DNA of 64,000 nt, from the IMG/VR virus record IMGVR_UViG_3300037310_000496. One strand, given 5' to 3'. The translations under genes were made by a program, and so were the position numbers. Below the pieces are notes generated by a model that ran no database searches, was not told the DNA's origin, and saw nothing but the letters and a program-made list of their open reading frames with translations. Positions within the stretch are counted from its first letter, which is position 1. The number at the start of each line of letters is the position of its first letter. The stretch comes from a virus. Of this stretch, positions 28,208 through 39,153 are shown piece after piece.

Positions 28208-29157
28208 TGCCAAGTCTATCCAAAGATGGTGAATGGATAACCAGAACCACTGAAATATTAAGGGTGATTTCATGCCAGGAACAAGCATACCATACGAGAT
28301 CGTTGATTGAAAACCTTAACAAAGGCATCGTAAAACAGTACCATGAATTCAATACTATAACAGGAATAATTGGCACTAGCGTGCACCATGAAATACAAAA
28401 ACACCTATCAAAAAAAATCGGAGCAAATCCACCTGAAATAAGACTTAGCAAAACAGAACAGACATTCATTGCAAAAATCAATGAAATTCCAGAAACGAGA
28501 AATGCATTCAAAAGCGCCATGTTAAAATCACTCATGAACTATTATGATTTTATAACAAAATTAAATCCTCAACCTTGGGCTATTGAAAAAAACATTGAAT
28601 ATACAGTAAACAATGGAACTAAACGAGTGAAGGGGACAATTGACTTAGTAGCAATTGTTGATACAAACAAATTGACTGAGTTGACTGGTCAAAAATTTGA
28701 CAGAAGTCCAAATAACGAAAATGTCATTTTGATAGACTGGAAAACTGGACGCAGTTTTAATGATCAACATGCCATACAATTATCCGCTTATTATTATGGT
28801 TCCCAACATTACCTGAAAAAAATACCGGTTCCATATATTACATACAATCAAAAACCATATGCATTAGATGTATATTTAGGAGGAAATTCAGCCCATCCTC
28901 ATTTAGTGGAAATAAACACGGATTTTTTTTTTACAGCCGTTGATAAATTCTTTAATTCACAACAGATTCCAATTTCATTTCCTATAAATGGGAAACCAAC
29001 ATTGGTAACTGGAGGAAATACATGTTATTTTTGTTCATTTATTGGAGCTTGTTCCACTACTCAACGAATAACGAAAAAAATCGATGAAATCGATGAAATC
29101 GATGAAATCAATGAAATCAATGAAATCAATGAAATCAATGAAAAAGGAGAAACATGA
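28207..29157 (+). CDS. PD-(D/E)XK exonuclease (Cas4/RecB-like)
   Basis: GTSVHHEIQ, KGTIDL, IDWKTG, QLSAY, C-terminal CYFC....C. Confidence 0.85.
   Translation: MPSLSKDGEWITRTTEILRVISCQEQAYHTRSLIENLNKGIVKQYHEFNTITGIIGTSVHHEIQKHLSKKIGANPPEIRLSKTEQTFIAKINEIPETRNAFKSAMLKSLMNYYDFITKLNPQPWAIEKNIEYTVNNGTKRVKGTIDLVAIVDTNKLTELTGQKFDRSPNNENVILIDWKTGRSFNDQHAIQLSAYYYGSQHYLKKIPVPYITYNQKPYALDVYLGGNSAHPHLVEINTDFFFTAVDKFFNSQQIPISFPINGKPTLVTGGNTCYFCSFIGACSTTQRITKKIDEIDEIDEINEINEINEINEKGET
29078..29140 (+). repeat. 9-bp tandem repeat x7 (AAATCRATG) encoding DEI/NEI at nuclease C-terminus
   Basis: aaatcgatg x3 then aaatcaatg x4. Confidence 0.9.
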
Positions 29158-29158
29158 A

Positions 29159-29497
29159 ATGAATATGCTAAAAGATAAATTCCCAAATTTTGATGAACTT
29201 GTTACATTAGTGAAAAAAGTCACTCAACCAATGAGTAAAAACGTATGGATTGAATTCATACGAGTAAACTATAATGTTACTCAAAAAGATTCACTTTATC
29301 TATATGACCACATAATCAAAATTGGTTTATTGACATATGCTAGAGATGTAATGAGAACACGAGTCTATATTCCAGACAAATGTAATATAGATCCATATAA
29401 CACTCCGGCAATATTGCACCTTTTTGATGTACCTATCTATCACCATGACATCAATAAGAATATCAATAAGAATATGAACAACAAATGGTTAACATAA
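29159..29497 (+). CDS. Hypothetical protein
   Basis: ATG 29159 after AGGAG; the longer start in the track reads through the repeat. Confidence 0.55.
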   Translation: MNMLKDKFPNFDELVTLVKKVTQPMSKNVWIEFIRVNYNVTQKDSLYLYDHIIKIGLLTYARDVMRTRVYIPDKCNIDPYNTPAILHLFDVPIYHHDINKNINKNMNNKWLT

Positions 29498-29500
29498 TCA

Positions 29501-29968
29501 ATGAGCATTGTTGATTTAGTTGCACCAATTGTCGAAAAGACAGTGGGAATAGATGTACTTGAGCTCCTAAAACGGTATGAAAAAACATATCCACCTGAAA
29601 TTGGCTTGAAGTTGAATGACAGTGGCATCATGGATATACAAATCGACGGAGGCGATATAGCCATAGTCGGATTTTGGTACTATTGCACCTTGAAAACTGT
29701 AATTGCGGTAGCTACTCAAGACCTTATCCTTAGACTTTTAATTGGTGATGGAATGGGAATATTCTCGGAAGGATTTGGGGTTGGTCCTATCGATTCAATT
29801 CCTCGTGAAACATTGCAGGCTGTAATTCTCATGGCAATAAGTTATTCACCTTATATACGTGGATTATTACGCATGGACATAACTGTCAACGAACAAGACC
29901 AAGTCCAAATTGAATTGGAGGCAAAAACAGTCACTGGTGAAAATTTGACAATTGGATTGATACAATAA
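29501..29968 (+). CDS. Baseplate wedge subunit (gp25/W-like)
   Basis: AIS.SPYIRGLLRMDITV..QVQIELEAKTVTGE pattern; directly upstream of baseplate J. Confidence 0.55.
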   Translation: MSIVDLVAPIVEKTVGIDVLELLKRYEKTYPPEIGLKLNDSGIMDIQIDGGDIAIVGFWYYCTLKTVIAVATQDLILRLLIGDGMGIFSEGFGVGPIDSIPRETLQAVILMAISYSPYIRGLLRMDITVNEQDQVQIELEAKTVTGENLTIGLIQ

Positions 29969-29979
29969 GGTGATATTAA

Positions 29980-32241
29980 ATGGTGCGATTGATAAAAAAA
30001 TCTTTAGCTGATTTAATGGAAATAAGTAGATTGCTTCTTCAAGATAGCATAATTGAAGAACAAACCAGTATAGTTTATCATAGTGTTCAAACACAATATC
30101 CACTCCCTGGATATTCAACTGCAAATAGAAGAATATTGACCATTATGGCATTGGAAGGCATATCGTCAACAGGAAACTGGATAACTGAAGACAATTTAGT
30201 ACTAAATACTGACTATTACCCATATGGTGCTACAGGAATAGTGGAACAAGGATATGGCGCATCGTCAAGTCAAACAATATACACTGGAATTTTTATCAAC
30301 ACTGCCATATTCAAAGATGGAACTACCATATATATACGATATAGATACCAAAATCCTGATTTTCGACCAATATTGACCAATTTCAGCAACGATTCACAAT
30401 TGAGGAAAATATTGTCAGCAATACTTAATAATGTTCATTTGGATGTATCGAATTTATCGTCAACCATTGATTCATTCGGCATTGAAGCCAAAGGAAATGA
30501 CCTGGATCGTGTTGTCGGTCTAGCTGGAATTGTCAGAACCACAGGGTCATATACCACAGGTAGAGTTCAAGTTGTCAATTCAAGTAGCACCAATTCGTTT
30601 TCAGTAACATCGGGAACAGTTTTCACAGCAAGAAGAGGTGGCGGCTATATTAATTTCAGATCGTCAGGATCGATCAATATATCACCTCTGACAACCGCAA
30701 TATTTCAAGTCACGTCAAATGAAATAGGACGTGCTAACAATGTTGGACCTTATGCAATAACAGAAGTATATCTGTCTGATACCTTAAATGAAAAAGCACC
30801 ATCATACATTGTCGTATCAAACCCACCAATATTGGAAACCACTGAAAATTATTTCAACAATGGTAGCGACCCTGAAGGTGATATACCTTTAAAGGAACGG
30901 TATCTTACTGCAGTCAAAGCAACCAAGACTTCAAGTTCCGCAACGATAAAAAAAGCTATTGAAGACACGAATTTAGTAAAGGATGTCATAATTCAAGACA
31001 TAAACAACCGAAAGGGCATTTCTCAATTCAATGTCATTGCTGTAATACAAAGCCTAAGTGGAACTCCATTGACACCAACATCAGTGGCATTGGTTCAAAA
31101 TGCAGCTATAGATGTCATGCCTGCTGGTATCAGATTGAAAATAGAACAGACAATGCAGTCATACATATCCATTGTCGCTGTTGTGTCAATTCCTGCTATC
31201 AATCTTATCGATACATCAAGTGTAACTACAAATATAGAAAATGCCATCAATTCATATATCAATGGATTAAAACTAGGGGAAGACATTTACCCTAGCAATA
31301 TCATTGCAGCCATAGTGACTGTAAACCCTGTCGTTGATGCACAATTGACTGAAACGACCATTACTGAATATGTAAGTGAAACTTATGCCGTTGACACTGA
31401 AATAGAGCTGTCTAATTCAAGTGGAACTGAACAAAACAGAATAGCCCTCCAATTGCCATTCAACTCTGTTGTCCAGCGGGAAGTTGCCAACTATGATGGA
31501 ACCAATGCGTATCTTAATGTCACAAACACACCAATAGACGAAAGAATAGCACCTCGTGTCAATAAGTCAGTTGTTGATCATCTTGGATTGAATAGACCTT
31601 CTCCGTTAAACAGATTTGATTTTTTCAGTTCAGTATCTAACAGCAGTAGTCGAATAAACTTCAATCCAACTGGTGATACATCAGATCCGATAGTGAATGG
31701 TCAATCCGTATATTATGACTACAATCACTACGACAACAGGACAATACATGGAATACGCATTTTACTAGGAGGAGTAAGTGGTCAAAAAGTGAAAGTTGAA
31801 CTTAGGACTGGTTCAAATGTCGATACGGCTACCCTTGTCCATGCCGATACTCAACAGACCATTACTTTAGATAGTGAATCAGCTAAACTATATACAGCCA
31901 CATTTACAAATCCAGTAACATTGACTCCACAGACAAACACCTATTGGATCTATGTCACTAGAGATAACAGCAACGTAAACAAGACAACCATATGGATTGA
32001 TTCAACCAATCAGTATGTTGCAATGAATCCACAATTCTGGGTTGACGGTCAATATGAAACATCACCTGGTGCACCAAATGGCACCCATCAACGAAAATAT
32101 ATCAGGGGTCATTACCATAGCTTCACAAAAAATGTTGCCACTGTTTATCAAAAAATAATTATACCAACAAGATCATTCTACCCAGAATCCTCCAAATTAT
32201 TAAGTAGTACGATTACATATGTGGAGGCAAATGATCAATGA
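29980..32241 (+). CDS. Baseplate J-like protein
   Basis: AKGNDLDRVVGLAGIVR..G..T.G.V, GTVF, GRANNVG..AIT, GSDPEGD..LKERY. Confidence 0.85.
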   Translation: MVRLIKKSLADLMEISRLLLQDSIIEEQTSIVYHSVQTQYPLPGYSTANRRILTIMALEGISSTGNWITEDNLVLNTDYYPYGATGIVEQGYGASSSQTIYTGIFINTAIFKDGTTIYIRYRYQNPDFRPILTNFSNDSQLRKILSAILNNVHLDVSNLSSTIDSFGIEAKGNDLDRVVGLAGIVRTTGSYTTGRVQVVNSSSTNSFSVTSGTVFTARRGGGYINFRSSGSINISPLTTAIFQVTSNEIGRANNVGPYAITEVYLSDTLNEKAPSYIVVSNPPILETTENYFNNGSDPEGDIPLKERYLTAVKATKTSSSATIKKAIEDTNLVKDVIIQDINNRKGISQFNVIAVIQSLSGTPLTPTSVALVQNAAIDVMPAGIRLKIEQTMQSYISIVAVVSIPAINLIDTSSVTTNIENAINSYINGLKLGEDIYPSNIIAAIVTVNPVVDAQLTETTITEYVSETYAVDTEIELSNSSGTEQNRIALQLPFNSVVQREVANYDGTNAYLNVTNTPIDERIAPRVNKSVVDHLGLNRPSPLNRFDFFSSVSNSSSRINFNPTGDTSDPIVNGQSVYYDYNHYDNRTIHGIRILLGGVSGQKVKVELRTGSNVDTATLVHADTQQTITLDSESAKLYTATFTNPVTLTPQTNTYWIYVTRDNSNVNKTTIWIDSTNQYVAMNPQFWVDGQYETSPGAPNGTHQRKYIRGHYHSFTKNVATVYQKIIIPTRSFYPESSKLLSSTITYVEANDQ

Positions 32242-32888
32242 CAAACCAACTTATAGCTGATGTATTTAAAAAATACTATGACACCAAATTACTTGAATCG
32301 GTCATAGGCGGAATGCCTAATAGCAACATTGTGACAATGTTATCATCAATCATGTCAACTACAAAAATAATTTTACAGTCATCAGATGTAACTAAAAATT
32401 GGTTTTCAAATTCAACAATAACTTATTATACTGCTAAGATGCACGATTTGATACAATATCCCAAATTTTCGGGCGACAATGAAGAATGGTTTTTAAATCG
32501 TCTTAATAAAAACCTTGAAGCATTGACTTATGGTGGTCAATCGTATAAGTCATTACAAGTAGCCATTGGTGGACTACTAAGAACTGCAATATTGAATCCA
32601 TTTTCCGACATAACTTTTATAACGATTGAAGACCATACACAATGGAAAAACGAATTAGAAGACCCTGATGCATATTGGAGCATTGGTGGATATGTATGGG
32701 GAACAGGAACTGAAAGCATGAGATCCAGTCTTATTATCAGAATAAAATTTGCCATAACTGGATCTAATAGTGACCCAACGACATACAACTATTGGAATTT
32801 GCCTGCCAACTACACTAAAATAGCCGATATCGTCACACTGTTTATAACTCCTGGTAGCAATTATGAATTGCTGTTGGTGTCACCATGA
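32238..32888 (+). CDS. Baseplate wedge protein (I/gp48-like)
   Basis: Position between J and fibre; R..GDNEEWFLNRL...G...SLQ.AI pattern. Confidence 0.5.
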   Translation: MTNQLIADVFKKYYDTKLLESVIGGMPNSNIVTMLSSIMSTTKIILQSSDVTKNWFSNSTITYYTAKMHDLIQYPKFSGDNEEWFLNRLNKNLEALTYGGQSYKSLQVAIGGLLRTAILNPFSDITFITIEDHTQWKNELEDPDAYWSIGGYVWGTGTESMRSSLIIRIKFAITGSNSDPTTYNYWNLPANYTKIADIVTLFITPGSNYELLLVSP

Positions 32889-34762
32889 CAATAGGTATAG
32901 TGCCAAATCTAAATACCACTTGGTATGACCCTGGACGAATTTCCGGAGATCCAATCATCATTCATGACATCAACTACGTTGGCGGATCATTAACTGCCAA
33001 ATCGACAACCAAAACAATCCATAGGTATTTGCAAGACTTCCTTAAGCAAACCATATCCACCAGCATACGTGATGGGCTTGGATTGAACGTCAGCAGCCAA
33101 ACCATCACAATTGCTACCGGTCATGCAATCATCAATGGAAGATGGATATATAATGATGCCCAAGCATCATATAACTGTTCTGGGCTTTCAAATGGTGACT
33201 ATTACCTTCATTTCACCTTAATCGAGCAATTAGCGTCCGCTACAAGAGATCTTCAACAGGAGACCATTTCCATCCAGTCAACATTGGTTGGTTCATATAG
33301 TCACACCTCAGCTAAATTGATACTGGGACGATTTACAGTGACAAGTGGAACTCCGGTCATCACATCATCAAACATTGTCACCCAAGCAATAGCAACAACT
33401 GCAATCATACCAGCGACAAGTCCTACCGGTTCGATATCATCAGTCGTGGATATATATTCTGGTTCACACATCCTAACCAAACAATTGACTAGCGAAGACA
33501 ATGGAACAAGAATACATAAAAAAGCTATATTCAATGACCAAGACACAACACCAGTTGGAGATATTCAACTGATAAACAAAGACCAAATATCTACGTTCAG
33601 AAATAATGCTGACAGTGATTATGTGTCCATTGACATCAAAAGTGTAAAAATTTCAGGAACTGAAATCATTACATCCGGAAGGGGACTTATCTCAATAACT
33701 TCCTTAAACGGATTACCAATTCCATCAAGCAATATAGTTGGCATAAATGATACCCAAACGATATCAAATAAAACACTGCTTGACACTACCGTATTTGCAG
33801 ATGCTACTGATCAGACCAAAAAAGCACGATTTGAACCAGGATCAATTAGTGCAGGTCAAACACGTGTCATCACACTTGTTGATGAAAATATAACCATCGT
33901 CGGTCAAGACAATGTGCAGACACTTACCAATAAAACTCTCACCACACCTACCATCTCCTCGTTTGCAAATGCACCACATAACCATAGCAATAGTGATGGT
34001 GGTAGTCAGTTCAATCCCAACAATGCATTTTCAACAATATTGAACGTTCCACTTGGCGGAACCGGTCTATCAAGCATCACATCAGGAGGATTCATCATTG
34101 GAAATGGATCATCCACACCTACAGTGACTGCAAGACCAAATACTGCCCAATTGTTTATTGGACAGGCTAGTGGAAACCCAATATTGGCAGCTCTTTCCGG
34201 TGATGTGACAATGGATGCAAATGGAGTAGTTACAATATTAGACAACAGTCATGCTCATGGTGACACTTATGAAACAAAAACCATTCTCAATAGTAGATTT
34301 AGAGTAGGATCTTCCAATGAAAATCTTATACATGGTCACTATATCGGTGGACAAGGTAGCAAACTAAAAACTGGTGGCTCCAATACATACCTTCCCATAG
34401 TTGAACCAACGACAACAGGTTCATTGAGCGTCTATATGTCTTTTTTCGTTCCGCTTCCAGCTGTTCTCCGTTCAGGAGAAATACTTAGGGTTACCGAAAT
34501 AAAATTTAACTTGATAGATGCTGATTCATCCAATTATGTAAACAGTACTTATATCTATGAATTGAAATCTACTTTAGATATTGAACAGGTAGAATTTAAT
34601 GCAACTGATTTTAATACCATTGGTATCAAAACATTAGCTGTAAGCACCACTTCAATTGAATCCAATTCATCCGGAATAATAGTGAGTTTTCTCATTGCGG
34701 TAACAAACGTCAATGATTTCGCCATGTCAGGATTAATATCAGTCAAATATCACTACGACTAA
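32885..34762 (+). CDS. Tail fibre protein
   Basis: ITIATGHAIING anchor, LTNKTLTTPTI and VPLGGTG..S fibre repeats, C-terminal beta-sandwich. Confidence 0.7.
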   Translation: MTIGIVPNLNTTWYDPGRISGDPIIIHDINYVGGSLTAKSTTKTIHRYLQDFLKQTISTSIRDGLGLNVSSQTITIATGHAIINGRWIYNDAQASYNCSGLSNGDYYLHFTLIEQLASATRDLQQETISIQSTLVGSYSHTSAKLILGRFTVTSGTPVITSSNIVTQAIATTAIIPATSPTGSISSVVDIYSGSHILTKQLTSEDNGTRIHKKAIFNDQDTTPVGDIQLINKDQISTFRNNADSDYVSIDIKSVKISGTEIITSGRGLISITSLNGLPIPSSNIVGINDTQTISNKTLLDTTVFADATDQTKKARFEPGSISAGQTRVITLVDENITIVGQDNVQTLTNKTLTTPTISSFANAPHNHSNSDGGSQFNPNNAFSTILNVPLGGTGLSSITSGGFIIGNGSSTPTVTARPNTAQLFIGQASGNPILAALSGDVTMDANGVVTILDNSHAHGDTYETKTILNSRFRVGSSNENLIHGHYIGGQGSKLKTGGSNTYLPIVEPTTTGSLSVYMSFFVPLPAVLRSGEILRVTEIKFNLIDADSSNYVNSTYIYELKSTLDIEQVEFNATDFNTIGIKTLAVSTTSIESNSSGIIVSFLIAVTNVNDFAMSGLISVKYHYD

Positions 34763-34766
34763 AAAA

Positions 34767-35486
34767 TCATGGTATATTTGGAGTAAAAGTAATCCTTAAA
34801 CTTCTATGTGCTGTCGGATAGCCTGAAATAACTATGTCATCAACTGTAGTTTCTGTTGCTGAACTGCCAGATACTCCAGTCCATGAATCATCCAATTCCG
34901 GCAAACCAGTTCTGAATTGTTCAACCAGACCCATAAAAAATGTAGACATCCTGACAAAAACAGTCTCGTTCATGTTTTGCCAGAGTGTATTTGCCAAAAA
35001 CCTTTCACTCCCAGTAAAACCACGATCATCAGCATAACTTGTCCGTTGGCAATACATAACTGGACTGTCAATATCACCAGACATAAGATCCATTTGCTGA
35101 GCTATAAGTGCATCCAAGGACGATGCATACCTGGCACTATTGGCAATAATAGCAACACTTATCCTAGCTGTTCTGACGCCACCTGGAACAAATCCACCAA
35201 TACCATCTCCAATAATGTCACCTAATCTCAATTCACTGGTAAGCATGATGTCAATTGCTACCGCTGGTGATTTGAGCAATGATTGTGGATTTCCAGGCTT
35301 TTGATCATAGTACCAACTATAGTATATGACTTCAGATCCATTTTTTGTCTTTAGACTAGGAAGCTTACTTTTTAGACGTTCAAGTATCCACATACCCAAA
35401 GCATCCACTGTCATTTCGACAATGCCATCTGTTGCAGAAACATAAGGTGGAACAGTCCCAATAACTGAAGGTTTTTCAAAACTCAT
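34767..35486 (-). CDS. Probable tail terminator/completion protein
   Basis: Last gene of head-neck operon; PAVAID, RISVAIIA pattern. Confidence 0.4.
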   Translation of the reverse strand: MSFEKPSVIGTVPPYVSATDGIVEMTVDALGMWILERLKSKLPSLKTKNGSEVIYYSWYYDQKPGNPQSLLKSPAVAIDIMLTSELRLGDIIGDGIGGFVPGGVRTARISVAIIANSARYASSLDALIAQQMDLMSGDIDSPVMYCQRTSYADDRGFTGSERFLANTLWQNMNETVFVRMSTFFMGLVEQFRTGLPELDDSWTGVSGSSATETTVDDIVISGYPTAHRSLRITFTPNIP

Positions 35487-35590
35487 TCAATCACATGCAT
35501 ATACAATCTCATTTGATATTTAGTAATTTCTATTATTCAGTCGGAAGTTGACAATGACAACAGTGTCATAAGAATATTACGATGTTCGCA

Positions 35591-35656
35591 TTGCTCACAT
35601 TGCTCACATTGCTCACATTGCTCACATTGCTCACATTGCTCACATTGCTCACATTG
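35591..35656. repeat. Perfect 9-bp tandem repeat x7 (TTGCTCACA)
   Basis: Seven exact copies between 35486 and 35709; on the minus strand could encode a 32-aa (NVS)n peptide. Confidence 0.95.
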
Positions 35657-35708
35657 TTATTCATTCCACTGACTATTTGAAAAAATGTAAGCGAATAAGA
35701 CAACTATT

Positions 35709-38645
35709 CTACTTCTTTTTAGTGGTTCCCTTAACAGGTTTATCAGATGAATTTGATTCATTTGAAGGCTTATAGAATTTTACATAGCGGTTTGGTTCGG
35801 GAGGCACTTGTATTTCGTCGTCTTTTACTTCACTGATGTCACGATATACCTTTTTCGGAGGTCTATATGGTTTAAATGGTGTTGTTGGTTTACGGGGTTC
35901 TTCTTGTGGCAAATCAAAATTACGGACATGATCACCAAACTGTTGTTTACGTTTAGATGGCACTTTGATTTTTGGAGTCGGTTCCACTCTTGGTTTTTTA
36001 TCATTTACAATTTTAATATCATTCAAATCAATATTGACAACTCCTGTAACAACAGGAGGAACAAAAGGAACATCTACAATATTTTTCTCAACTTGGTCTG
36101 ATTTTTTAATGTCATTGACACTGGGATCATTTACAGTTGACAACTCTTGAATTGCAACAGGGATATCTTTCTTGGTATCAGGCAAACCTTTGTTGACACT
36201 AGGCACCATCTTTTCTTTTTTATCAATGGGTTGTTTTCTACCAATAGGATCTTTCATTTTTGGAATAAAGACCTTAGGTGAAATCCTACTAAGTTCCCAT
36301 TCCTTTTTTCGATCCTCTTCTTGTTTTAGAAATCTTTCCATTGTCCCTGAAATTATACGTTTATTTTTATTCTTCGATTCTTCTGTTGTTTCTTCTTTTG
36401 TTTCAAGATCCTTTGATGTAATTTCCTTTTCAGATTTTGCTGCCTTACCTTTTGATGTCTTTTTAACTTCACCTGTTTCAACACCAACAACTCCACTATG
36501 AATATTATCCATTTGTTTATCAGTTGGCATCTTGTCAATTTTCGACTTGACTATTCTTTTCTTGGTAACTTTAGGTTTATCTACGAGTGGTTCATCAACA
36601 TTGGATTTTCCAGTCGGTTGGTTTTCTACCGCCGAATTTACCACTTTTTTTGATTTGGATTTTGATTCAACCGTTTTAGGTTTTTCAGTCCTCGACTTTG
36701 ACACCTTCGTCCTTTCAACTTTAGCTTTCTCAATTTTTGGTTTACCAACTGCTGGCACATTGACATTTGGCGATTCGTCACTGTTTATCCACGAAATTAA
36801 ACTTGACCTAGGATTCTTTTTTATAATGCCCTTTTCAGGAGTAAAACCTCGTCTATATTTAGATGTCTTCATTTCCATAGCTGTAATATCTGCATCGATT
36901 TCATCGTCAACATTGAAATCACCAGGATTTCGTTTAGGCAATACTGATCTTGGTTTTGCAACTATAGCTGGTTTATCACCATATTTGTGACCATAAATTA
37001 CATCATTATGCAATGTCGGTTCATAACTAGTTGTTTGTTTCTCAGATGAATGAATGTCTTTTGTCACCGAAGGAACTGATGTTGAATTTTCAGGATTTGA
37101 CTTTGAAATTGAAGGTTTGGACGCCGAAATTGACGGTTTTGACACCCCTGTCGTTTTCGACAAAGTTGAAACTGAAGTGGAAGAACTATTTTTCGCAGCT
37201 TTAGGTTTAGTGACTGAAGGTTCTGAAGATGAAGTTTTTGGTTTACTAGGCTTTTCTTTTTTCATTACCGATGGTGTTGATGACCCTTTTTTAGTTTCAA
37301 CCACTTTTTTTTCAGAAACAACTTCGCTCTGGTTAACATTAGGTTTACTGGAAACTTTGGATGGTTTATCTTTTTCTGCCTTGATCACATTTTTGACTTC
37401 AGGTTTTTTGCTTGTTGTTGAATCACCAGTACTTTCCAAACCCATTGATTGACGATATTTTTTTGAAATCGGTTTATCTCTCATTTTTTCAAGCAATCTC
37501 ATCTGCCCTTTTGAAGCTGGTCTAACACTTCTAGATACTCCAATGCCTTTACCTTTACCTTGGCTTTTGCCATCATCAACATCAGGATCAGGAAACTGTT
37601 CAACTTCCTTGACAGTTTTTAATTTTCCTGTCGATCTTTTGGTTTTAGTAATTTGACTGTCTTTTGTTTTAGCAGGTTTGACTTTGCTTGTAATTCTTGG
37701 TTCTTTCGATTTGGCTGTTTTCGAATCCACCTGTTTTTTTTTTCTGTCAACTGATGGTTTTTTATTGGACGTTTTAGATTTTACACTATTGGATGATCTT
37801 TTTGATCCCGACTTACCAAACAATGAAGTTATACCCTTATCCAATTCATCAAAAACAGCATTTTCCGACCTAAACTTCTCCATTTCAATTTTCTGTTGTT
37901 TTATTTTTAAGGCAAGCTCCTTACGAATAGCTCTAGCTTGCTTCAAAGCTAACGTCTTTCCGGTTGACGGTCGCCCACGAACTTTTGGACCACTACGCTT
38001 GACGAGATATTTTGGTGGTGTCCCAGCCTCTTCCATCGCTTTTATGCTTGCCTTGAATGCCTTCCTTCTTTGGGCAATTTTAGCCCAATCTCGTATAATT
38101 GGACGGGAATCAACAAAATCCCTAATTTCAGTATTGATTGACTGTTCCACAAAATGAGATACATCATCAACTGCTTTTCCAACATATGGACGTTCAGGTG
38201 ATTTTTGAATATGTTCACCAGCCGCAATCGATGATTCTATTTCTCTGATTAAGTTAAATGAATCTTTTTCAATCAATGCCGGTTTCCACAAACTTTCCCA
38301 TCGATCTACAATCCATCCAAATGACACCTCTCCACTTTCCAATTCGGAAAGCCTACCACGAACTTTTATTTGTATCTCGGGAGGTTCATGTTTGACACTC
38401 ATCTTCACTTCCTGGGCAAACACTTGGCCTGCATCAGATTCTAGGAATGATCCAATTGTATTGAATTTATGGTCAAATAAAATATCAAGCATTTTCAATA
38501 CATTAAAAGTAAACCGTTCACGAGGAATGAAACCACTCCTTGAATAACTAGTCATATAATCCTTTGTTTTTTCAGCTATTTTGTCTTGCGTTTCAAATAT
38601 AATGTTTGAAAGACGATTAATAAAATCAGTCACACTACGAGACAT
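35709..38645 (-). CDS. Neck/tail-completion-like domain fused to about 750 aa Lys/Ser/Pro-rich low-complexity region
   Basis: N-terminal 200 aa globular (ERPYV motif as in gp10-like neck proteins), remainder K/S/P/T/E-rich; located after head-closure gene. Confidence 0.6.
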   Translation of the reverse strand: MSRSVTDFINRLSNIIFETQDKIAEKTKDYMTSYSRSGFIPRERFTFNVLKMLDILFDHKFNTIGSFLESDAGQVFAQEVKMSVKHEPPEIQIKVRGRLSELESGEVSFGWIVDRWESLWKPALIEKDSFNLIREIESSIAAGEHIQKSPERPYVGKAVDDVSHFVEQSINTEIRDFVDSRPIIRDWAKIAQRRKAFKASIKAMEEAGTPPKYLVKRSGPKVRGRPSTGKTLALKQARAIRKELALKIKQQKIEMEKFRSENAVFDELDKGITSLFGKSGSKRSSNSVKSKTSNKKPSVDRKKKQVDSKTAKSKEPRITSKVKPAKTKDSQITKTKRSTGKLKTVKEVEQFPDPDVDDGKSQGKGKGIGVSRSVRPASKGQMRLLEKMRDKPISKKYRQSMGLESTGDSTTSKKPEVKNVIKAEKDKPSKVSSKPNVNQSEVVSEKKVVETKKGSSTPSVMKKEKPSKPKTSSSEPSVTKPKAAKNSSSTSVSTLSKTTGVSKPSISASKPSISKSNPENSTSVPSVTKDIHSSEKQTTSYEPTLHNDVIYGHKYGDKPAIVAKPRSVLPKRNPGDFNVDDEIDADITAMEMKTSKYRRGFTPEKGIIKKNPRSSLISWINSDESPNVNVPAVGKPKIEKAKVERTKVSKSRTEKPKTVESKSKSKKVVNSAVENQPTGKSNVDEPLVDKPKVTKKRIVKSKIDKMPTDKQMDNIHSGVVGVETGEVKKTSKGKAAKSEKEITSKDLETKEETTEESKNKNKRIISGTMERFLKQEEDRKKEWELSRISPKVFIPKMKDPIGRKQPIDKKEKMVPSVNKGLPDTKKDIPVAIQELSTVNDPSVNDIKKSDQVEKNIVDVPFVPPVVTGVVNIDLNDIKIVNDKKPRVEPTPKIKVPSKRKQQFGDHVRNFDLPQEEPRKPTTPFKPYRPPKKVYRDISEVKDDEIQVPPEPNRYVKFYKPSNESNSSDKPVKGTTKKK

Positions 38646-38646
38646 T

Positions 38647-39150
38647 TTAGAATATTACACCATCCAGTCTCCTTACTGCCAACGATTCACATTCAAGATT
38701 CCATGCTATCACTACCATTCCAGCCAAAAGAGGTAAACTATTCATGATCACATATTCATCACGAAATTCACCGAGCCTAATTACCAACGCGTCTCCTGGT
38801 CTTATTTCTGTTCCTTCCTTGAGACCGATAAGTATGAAAAATTTACTGCGGCTTTGGGTGCCACCACTACGGTTTGTCTGAGCGGAACTACCACCTGCAC
38901 CCCAAGGCTGTGTCATTGACAAAATTCCTTTCATTCTTCTAATGGATGAAATCAAAAATCCCGAACCATTGCATACACTACAGGCAGTTGAATAATCCCC
39001 TATAGTCTTGTTCCAACATGTAGGACATTGAGTGCTTTCAACTCTTGGCTGATGAAGCATACTAATGCCATTCTGTTGAATATGAGCTGCCACTTCATCT
39101 GAACCAGTCCTTGGAATACGATGGATCCTCAAACCCCTTCTCATACTCAT
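38647..39150 (-). CDS. Head-closure-like protein with Zn finger
   Basis: CPTC...CSVCNGSG followed by IRPGDAL..EYVI, typical of stopper-like proteins. Confidence 0.5.
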   Translation of the reverse strand: MSMRRGLRIHRIPRTGSDEVAAHIQQNGISMLHQPRVESTQCPTCWNKTIGDYSTACSVCNGSGFLISSIRRMKGILSMTQPWGAGGSSAQTNRSGGTQSRSKFFILIGLKEGTEIRPGDALVIRLGEFRDEYVIMNSLPLLAGMVVIAWNLECESLAVRRLDGVIF

Positions 39151-39153
39151 ATC

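Noticed and set aside
29084-29158. (MKS)n N-terminus of the 29084..29497 ORF
   Set aside because: Alternative reading of the 9-bp repeat belonging to the upstream nuclease; SD-supported start is 29159
35808-38227. Many long + strand ORFs opposite the 978-aa protein
   Set aside because: Antisense shadows of a Lys/Ser/Pro-rich frame (F/L/V/T-rich, no SD, no motifs)
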